Assembly (NCBI GenBank): GCA_964501135.1
Contig: CAZCRI010000001.1
Span: 128,393 to 192,392, forward strand
Direction of reading: 5' to 3'
DNA from: an uncultured Candidatus Saccharibacteria bacterium
GTDB lineage: Bacteria > Patescibacteriota > CPR2 > UBA1875 > CAIMLA01
Length of the DNA stretch: 64,000 nt
The notes under the pieces were generated by a model, which did not search any database, was not told the DNA's origin, and worked only from the letters and a program-made list of their open reading frames with translations. This document shows, one piece after another, positions 58,468 through 64,000 of the stretch (position 1 is the first letter of the stretch; every line of letters starts with the position of its first letter). Made by a program: the position numbers and the translations under genes.

Positions 58468-58716
58468 ATGTATACAAAAATAGAAAAAAAGATAAAAACC
58501 ATAGCTCTTTTCGAAAACGGTAAGATAATACCGAAGATTTTTCGCTATGGAAATCGTGACTATAAGGTGAGGGAGATTAGCCTCGCCTATCAGGAGCGTG
58601 AGGGACGTTCGGTAAATTACTATTTTGGCATCGAGACAGATGAGGGCGGTGTATATAAACTTCACTACAACGATGAGAAACTTACTTGGTGGTTGGATGA
58701 AATATGGACTGAATAA
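58468..58716 (+). CDS. hypothetical charged protein (82 aa)
   Basis: K/E-rich ORF; the overlapping 122-aa minus-strand ORF is hydrophobic low-complexity and judged antisense artefact. Confidence 0.4.
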   Translation: MYTKIEKKIKTIALFENGKIIPKIFRYGNRDYKVREISLAYQEREGRSVNYYFGIETDEGGVYKLHYNDEKLTWWLDEIWTE

Positions 58717-58803
58717 CGGTAAGTTATTCATTAAGTATCAAATCACACATTCCAAATATCAAATAAATACTAAATAACAAAAAAAACAAAGGAGGGGAGA
58801 GAC

Positions 58804-59139
58804 ATGGCCTACGATTTAGAACAAAAGGCCTTAATGTTTAGTAAAAATGTATTCATATTTTGCAAAGCATTGCCCCAGGATGCTGTGACTAGACCCATAA
58901 TAAGTCAGGTAGTCCGCTCTTCTGCCTCCATCGGGGCAAATTACATAGAAGCAAACGAGTCTTTGGGCAAGAAGGATCTCGTCTATAAACTAAAAATTTC
59001 TCGCAAAGAAGCAAAAGAAACTATTTATTGGCTAGAAATAATGTCTACGGTAGTTTCTTCAGAGGAGATTAAGAAATTATCCGAGGAGGCCCTACAGCTC
59101 AAAAAGATTCTGTCCTCGATAATCATTAAGTCATCTTAG
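58804..59139 (+). CDS. four-helix-bundle protein (23S rRNA intervening-sequence protein family)
   Basis: AAAGGAGGGGAG RBS; family pattern SSASIGANYIEANESLGKKDLVYKLKISRKEAKETIYWLEI. Confidence 0.65.
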   Translation: MAYDLEQKALMFSKNVFIFCKALPQDAVTRPIISQVVRSSASIGANYIEANESLGKKDLVYKLKISRKEAKETIYWLEIMSTVVSSEEIKKLSEEALQLKKILSSIIIKSS

Positions 59140-59172
59140 GCCTGCGTTCTGAACTACTTGGAATTTTAAATT

Positions 59173-60384
59173 ATGAGAATAATTTTACATATCGACATGA
59201 ATTCATATTTTGCGACTGTGGAGCAGCAGGCCAATCCGAAACTTCGTGGCAAGCCAATCGCGGTGATGGGTAGTACGGCGAAGCGAAGCATTATTGTGGC
59301 AGCAAGTATCGAAGCGAAACGCTACGGGGTAAAGACGGCGACAAGAATTGATGAGGCGTTGCGGCTTTGTCCGGAGTTAATTCTTGTAAATGGCGAGCCA
59401 CGGAAGTATAGCTGGGTGACGAAGAAGTTCATTGATATATTCGAGGATTATACCGATAAGGTGGAGATATTCTCTATCGACGAAGCCTTCTTGGATGTAA
59501 CCAAGACGGCAAATATTTATGGCGGAGCGGAGCAAATCGCTCTCTCCATCAAACAGCGAATCCGCAATGAGATCGGCAGCTATATTTCTTGCTCAGTTGG
59601 GATTGCAAAGAATAAGTTTTTGGCAAAGACTGGTAGCGACCTTGTAAAGCCAGATGGACTCACTATTATTACGGACGAGAATGTTGACGACATTCTGTTG
59701 CCGCTGCCTCTCTCGGAATTTTGTGGTATTGGTAGAAGAATATTGGCGCGTCTGGGCGCACTGGGAATCGAAACTACCCAGCAACTCCGTGATTATCCAA
59801 ACGTGCTACTAAATCGAGAGTTTGGAATTGCCAGCGGAGAAAAGTTAAAACGAATGGCTTATGGCTTGGATAATTCACCAGTAATCAGCCGACATGATAG
59901 AGCCGATGCCAAGTCTTATGGACATTCTAGGACGTTGAATAAGAATGTCACTGACAGAAATGAGATACGGAAACACATGCTATTACTCTCGGAAAAAGTG
60001 GCTACCAGAATGCGCAAGGATGGCTGCATGGCCAAAGAGGTGGGTCTCTGGATTCGTTTTGGAGACTTTACCGGAGTGGGGCAACGCCATCGTGTTGGTA
60101 AGTGGACTCATGATGGGGTAGAAATCTACGATGCGGCGGTAAAAATATTGGGGACGCTAGATCTGCGGGCGCCGGTACGGGCTATCGGGATTTATGCGGC
60201 TCAGATTCAGAGAGATTCCTGCACTACGGTGAGCCTACTCCCCGAAGACACAATCAACGACAAGATCCTGGCGGCTATGGATGCGGTGAATAATCGTTTC
60301 GGCGAGACGGTAGTAACTCGTGCCAGGCTAGCTGGGGTCAAAATCAAGGAGGTGGTTTCCGGTATGGGGAGGGATAAGTTCTAG
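59173..60384 (+). CDS. dinB: DNA polymerase IV (Y-family translesion polymerase)
   Basis: ILHIDMNSYFATVE, SIDEAFLDVT catalytic motifs. Confidence 0.85.
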   Translation: MRIILHIDMNSYFATVEQQANPKLRGKPIAVMGSTAKRSIIVAASIEAKRYGVKTATRIDEALRLCPELILVNGEPRKYSWVTKKFIDIFEDYTDKVEIFSIDEAFLDVTKTANIYGGAEQIALSIKQRIRNEIGSYISCSVGIAKNKFLAKTGSDLVKPDGLTIITDENVDDILLPLPLSEFCGIGRRILARLGALGIETTQQLRDYPNVLLNREFGIASGEKLKRMAYGLDNSPVISRHDRADAKSYGHSRTLNKNVTDRNEIRKHMLLLSEKVATRMRKDGCMAKEVGLWIRFGDFTGVGQRHRVGKWTHDGVEIYDAAVKILGTLDLRAPVRAIGIYAAQIQRDSCTTVSLLPEDTINDKILAAMDAVNNRFGETVVTRARLAGVKIKEVVSGMGRDKF

Positions 60385-60396
60385 AAATGTGTTGAC

Positions 60397-60425
60397 GTCT
60401 ATTTTTCCTCGGTATATATTAGCGA
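60397..60425 (+). promoter_or_regulatory. strong sigma70-like promoter reading into ORF-free region
   Basis: TTGACG - 17 nt - TATATT. Confidence 0.5.
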
Positions 60426-61092
60426 TACGCTGAAAAACCTGAATACTCGGAATTAAGGTTACTTAAGCGTGTTCCTCTACCCCTGCAACCGAATTGCCTT
60501 GTGTGCATATACTGTCGCCGGGAGATAGTGAATATAACCGATGCAAGATGCGGGATCAACACCTTTCCGAGTAGGTGGGTCTCTCGCAAACTGGGACTGG
60601 CGGAAAAGTAGGCCGCGATAACAACAGAGGGTTTGCCTCAGTGGTCCACGCCGAAAGAGGTAGGCATAGAATTAGCCGACGCAACCTCCGCCGTTTCAAA
60701 GTCCAAGTCTACTACGTACCAGCTTCGTTTCAGGTACCTCTTGTAGGCGCAAGCCCTAGTCGAAACGCTGCGTTTGCTGCTGCCCTCGGGGCGGTAGGGA
60801 TGTAAGCTCACTGGCTGGGCAAAGTTCGGTGCCAGTAAGGCCCGCATGTAGAGTTGCGTAATGTCGCCACGGAGCAGAGAGCTCACGGCGCAGAGACTCC
60901 TACACGGGAACCGATTGGTACAAATCTAGGCCGGCATGGTGACCGTTACTGTGGTCACTTTGCCCTCGTTCGCGGATTTCGAACCGCGATTACGGGGGCC
61001 ATGCCAGCCCCTTCCATAGCTACAAACGCCTTGACAGAGGCATATATATAGGTTATACTCTTTTCTTGGTGCACTTCGGTGCCCATTTTCAT

Positions 61093-61201
61093 GGGGGGTA
61101 GCTCAGTGGATAGAGCGCCGTTTGTCAGATGGTCCGATCAACGGGTCATATCATCTGACGCTCGACGGAGGTCACAGGTTCGAGCCCTGTCCCCCCCACC
61201 A
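61093..61201 (+). tRNA. tRNA-like gene with canonical acceptor, D and T arms but a 34-nt insertion in the anticodon arm; identity undetermined
   Basis: GGGGGG.TAGCTCAGTGGATAGAGC..CCGTT[41 nt]GACGG-AGGTC-ACAGGTTCGAGCCCTGT-CCCCCCC-A-CCA; insertion forms 8-bp stem GTCAGATG/CATCTGAC. Confidence 0.55.
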
Positions 61202-61524
61202 AAAACTCTACGTCTACATGGCGTATGCACCATATATCGCAAGTGCGATTGCCCGTCCTTGAGGAGGATCCGCGGAGGGAGCTCCAAGGAGCTGTGGTTC
61301 GAAACCGCAACGGGCACCAGAACCTCCTCGAGTGTTACAAGGCAGCTTACGCTGCAACGTTTCGCTCGTAATAGGCCAGCTGAATAAGGCCAAGGGTCAC
61401 AAAGGATTCTCACAATCGAGACCTAGTCCCACTGTTCAGCGCCCATCAGACCCCCGACTGATGGTTCGGGAGTAATCCCAAAGCACGGCTCGGAGTCCTT
61501 CGACGGTACTTGTACCACAACGAA

Positions 61525-61548
61525 GGCCTTCGGGCCTTTTCAATTCAG
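61525..61548 (+). terminator. terminator-like hairpin ending the ORF-free region
   Basis: GGCCTTCGGGCC followed by TTTTCAATT. Confidence 0.5.
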
Positions 61549-61560
61549 TCGTAAGAAGCG

Positions 61561-62265
61561 TTATTTTTGGCAGATGATATTGAGATTACGAGTTTTCCGG
61601 TGGAAGTCGTAAGTTTGGATGTTCTTGAATTTTGCGGCTCGTAGATACTGCTTCAGTTCCCTTACCGTCCAGGCATGAAGATATCTCTCGGTAATCAGTT
61701 CTGATTTTGAATTTTTCCAAGGACGAAAGAAGTCGCCAAAGGGTAAACCATTGTGAGAAAATAGCGATTTTAGGATTCTCTTTAGATACTCTGGCTTGTT
61801 CCAGAAGTACCAGGTCTCGGTAAAAGCCCATCCTCCAGGTTTGCAAACTCGATACATTTCAGCCAAGAATTGATGTCTGGTTTCGGGTGATGGTAGATGG
61901 TGAATGGTGGCAATAGTCAGAACGATATCAAAATAATCGTCCTTGTAGGGCAGGTCGGTACCGCTCCCTACTGTGTAGTGAGCCTGCGGGTATTTCTCTT
62001 TAGCAATCGCGATGAGCTCCTTGCTGAGGTCGATGCCATAGTAGTCAACATCGTAACCGGGAAACATTTCCGAAACTCTTCCGGCGCCACAACCAATATC
62101 GAGAACCTTAAGTTTTGAACCCTTCTCAAAATGGGAGAGAATGTCGTTTATCGTCGCGCCAACTTCGGGCCAGTTGTATTTACGAGTGCTCGCAAACTGG
62201 ACCGCAATCAGGTTATAATCATCACGGGTTTTGTCTATTAACTTTTGAGCAGTTTGTTTATTCAT
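61561..62265 (-). CDS. class I SAM-dependent methyltransferase
   Basis: motif I VLDIGCGAGR, motif post-I/II present. Confidence 0.75.
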   Translation of the reverse strand: MNKQTAQKLIDKTRDDYNLIAVQFASTRKYNWPEVGATINDILSHFEKGSKLKVLDIGCGAGRVSEMFPGYDVDYYGIDLSKELIAIAKEKYPQAHYTVGSGTDLPYKDDYFDIVLTIATIHHLPSPETRHQFLAEMYRVCKPGGWAFTETWYFWNKPEYLKRILKSLFSHNGLPFGDFFRPWKNSKSELITERYLHAWTVRELKQYLRAAKFKNIQTYDFHRKTRNLNIICQK

Positions 62266-63835
62266 GAATGTAAAAAAAGAAATTATTTATAATCTAATCG
62301 GTGAGAAGGCGCGAACACGGGCTGATTTTCGTCGTGTCGTCGCCTCGGTGTATAGAGATGATAACACGAGCGGGTATCACTCGAACATTGATTTACGCGA
62401 AACCTATGAGGAAATGGTGGCGAATGACGAGATTGACGTTGACGAAAATATTGAAAAACTGCTAATGACCAAGAAAATGCGTTCACTTTCGGGAGTTTCT
62501 GTTATCACGGTCCTTACGAAGCCTTATCCATGCCCTGGAAAGTGTATTTATTGTCCCAGTATTGTCGATGTGCCAAAGAGTTACCTGCCCGATGAGCCGG
62601 CTGTGATGCGAGCGATTCTTGCAGGATATGACGCCAAGAAACAGGTAGAAACGAGATTGAAGTCTCTAGTTCGTCAGGGTCATCCAGTAGATAAAGTAGA
62701 GCTGATTGTGATTGGTGGTACTTACAGTCATTTACCTCGTGAATATCAAGAAAACTTTATTAAAGATTGTTTTGATGCTCTGAATGGGACACTATCGGAG
62801 AGTTTGGCGGATGCCAAAACCCGAAATGAATCAGCGGATTCTCGCTGTGTTGGTCTAACGCTAGAGACCAGACCCGACCACATCACGCCGGACGAAGTGG
62901 CCTGGTTCCGGTATTTGGGAGCGACCAGGGTGGAGCTTGGGGTACAAAGTGTTTATGACGATGTTTTGAAGTTGAATGGTAGGGGCGAAAAAGTAGCAGC
63001 GACAGTTGCGGCTACGCGACTACTCAAGGATGCAGGATTCAAGATTTGCTATCATCTAATGCCAAATCTTTACGGCTCCGACCTGGTTCGTGACAAAGAA
63101 ATGTTTCATATTGTTTTTACTGACCCTCGTTTTTGCCCGGATTACATCAAAATATATCCTTGTATGGTGATGGAAAACACGCCGCTTTATAAACTCTGGA
63201 GAGAGGGTAGATACGTCAGCTATACCGATGATGAGCTTATAGATTTAATCTGCGAGGTAAAGCAAAATGTGCCGTACTGGATACGAATTATGCGCACTAT
63301 TCGTGATATTCCGGCGCCAAACATTGAATCTGGATCCAAAATGTCCAATATGCGCCAGATTATTTTGCAAAAAGCAGAGCAAGAGGGGTGGTCGTGTAAT
63401 TGTATTCGATGTCGCGAGATAGGGGCGAAAGCCCAGGCCGAAGTCGACGAAATCATTCAATTTACGGAGAAATACGAAGCTAGTAAGGGCCAGGAATATT
63501 TTCTTAGCTATGAAGATAAGGCAAGAAGAAATCTCTATTCATTGCTAAGATTGCGCTTTCCCGGAGAAAACGAAATAGCAGAAGTGCTGCCAGAAATAGC
63601 CGAGTGTGCTCTAATCCGAGAGGTACATACCTATGGCCAACAGATTGAGATTGGCGAGCAGGGTGAGACGCAGCACCGCGGTTACGGCAAAAAGTTGATA
63701 GCCGAAGCCGAGAAACAAGCCCGTGAAAAAGGTTATAAAAAGATTGCAGTGATCTCGGGTGTGGGTGTGCGTGGTTACTATCAGAAATTTGGTTATGAAC
63801 TTCACGGCGAGTATATGGTAAAAACACTCGACTAA
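62264..63835 (+). CDS. Elp3-family radical-SAM/GNAT protein (tRNA U34 carboxymethyluridine synthase homolog)
   Basis: radical SAM cluster motif CPGKCIYCPS, central rSAM core, C-terminal GNAT (RGYGKKLIAEAEKQAREKGYKKIAVISGVGVRGYYQKFGY). Confidence 0.75.
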   Translation: MNVKKEIIYNLIGEKARTRADFRRVVASVYRDDNTSGYHSNIDLRETYEEMVANDEIDVDENIEKLLMTKKMRSLSGVSVITVLTKPYPCPGKCIYCPSIVDVPKSYLPDEPAVMRAILAGYDAKKQVETRLKSLVRQGHPVDKVELIVIGGTYSHLPREYQENFIKDCFDALNGTLSESLADAKTRNESADSRCVGLTLETRPDHITPDEVAWFRYLGATRVELGVQSVYDDVLKLNGRGEKVAATVAATRLLKDAGFKICYHLMPNLYGSDLVRDKEMFHIVFTDPRFCPDYIKIYPCMVMENTPLYKLWREGRYVSYTDDELIDLICEVKQNVPYWIRIMRTIRDIPAPNIESGSKMSNMRQIILQKAEQEGWSCNCIRCREIGAKAQAEVDEIIQFTEKYEASKGQEYFLSYEDKARRNLYSLLRLRFPGENEIAEVLPEIAECALIREVHTYGQQIEIGEQGETQHRGYGKKLIAEAEKQAREKGYKKIAVISGVGVRGYYQKFGYELHGEYMVKTLD

Positions 63836-63977
63836 ATAGACTTTTTCTGGTATAATTTACCAGTTACATTAACTGTTCTAATCCTCCTCTGTCATCCTGA
63901 GGAGCGAAATGGAATTTTCGCGACGTAAGGATCTAGATTCTTCGACAGCGCTCAGAATGACAAAAGGGAGAAAATCT

Positions 63978-64000
63978 ATGAACATTAGGAATATCGCAAT
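63978..64000 (+). CDS. start of an unidentified gene running off the window
   Basis: AAGGGAG RBS 8 nt before ATG 63978. Confidence 0.3.

Noticed and set aside
58363-58731. 122-aa minus-strand ORF
   Set aside because: It gives a hydrophobic low-complexity translation antisense to a K/E-rich plus-strand gene. The plus strand is preferred, though neither is certain.
60925-61015. A fourth complete tRNA on the minus strand
   Set aside because: Acceptor pairing GGCATGG/CCATGCC and a T-loop-like TTCGAAAT are present, but the arm order is non-canonical and there is no CCA. It is reported only as a tRNA-like module within the ORF-free locus.
61093-61201. Selenocysteine tRNA (anticodon UCA seen in TGTCAGA)
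   Set aside because: The acceptor is 7 bp, the D and T arms are class I, and the length is 109 nt. No SelA, SelB or SelD context is present. The insertion fits better than a Sec tRNA.
60575-61413. Five small overlapping ORFs (60575-60805+, 60638-60886-, 60854-61051+, 61079-61387+, 61138-61413-)
   Set aside because: They overlap one another and the tRNA-like gene. They lack an RBS, and the region looks like structured RNA.

Overview
Nucleotide composition is about 45% G+C by eye. The window is a compact, mostly housekeeping stretch of a low-GC bacterial chromosome. The gene content is a monoderm/Gram-positive-like cell-envelope set: an LtaS-family lipoteichoic-acid synthase, murI-murD, MurT/GatD lipid II amidation, DUF3048, and a large C-terminally anchored repeat surface protein. 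It resembles a Saccharibacteria/CPR-like or Firmicutes-like organism, but that is inference only. I call about 65 protein genes, five canonical tRNAs (Gly-CCC, Thr-CGT, Pro-GGG, Val-GAC, Leu-CAG), RNase P RNA, tmRNA (ssrA, unannotated by the ORF track) and a T-box leader on thrS. Operons present include infC-rpmI-rplT, ispG-ispH-miaA, murT-gatD and murI-murD. The candidate novel or unusual items are listed below.

1. A family of three roughly 36-bp palindromic direct repeats ending in the tmRNA-like 3' motif GCTCCACCA (read on the minus strand). They delimit accessory gene cassettes (ArsP-like permease plus ferredoxin, an esterase, a Ca/Na antiporter) immediately downstream of the ssrA 3' end. 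This is consistent with a tandem, integrase-less tmRNA-targeted island array or a new REP-like or recombination element.
2. A duplicated roughly 180-bp structured intergenic element (15004-15182 and 53016-53197) with compensatory hairpin changes.
3. A sharply GC-rich 0.5-kb two-gene insert (57897-58424) with its own ribosome-binding sites and terminator, probably horizontally acquired.
4. A promoter-driven, roughly 1.1-kb ORF-free region (60397-61545) containing an otherwise canonical tRNA with a 34-nt insertion in its anticodon arm, plus two further tRNA-like modules.
5. An ATA start codon for infC, several leaderless-mRNA candidates, a MerR-like HTH fused to an Nramp transporter, and a bacterial Elp3 homolog.

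No CRISPR array, rRNA, transposase or integrase gene was seen.
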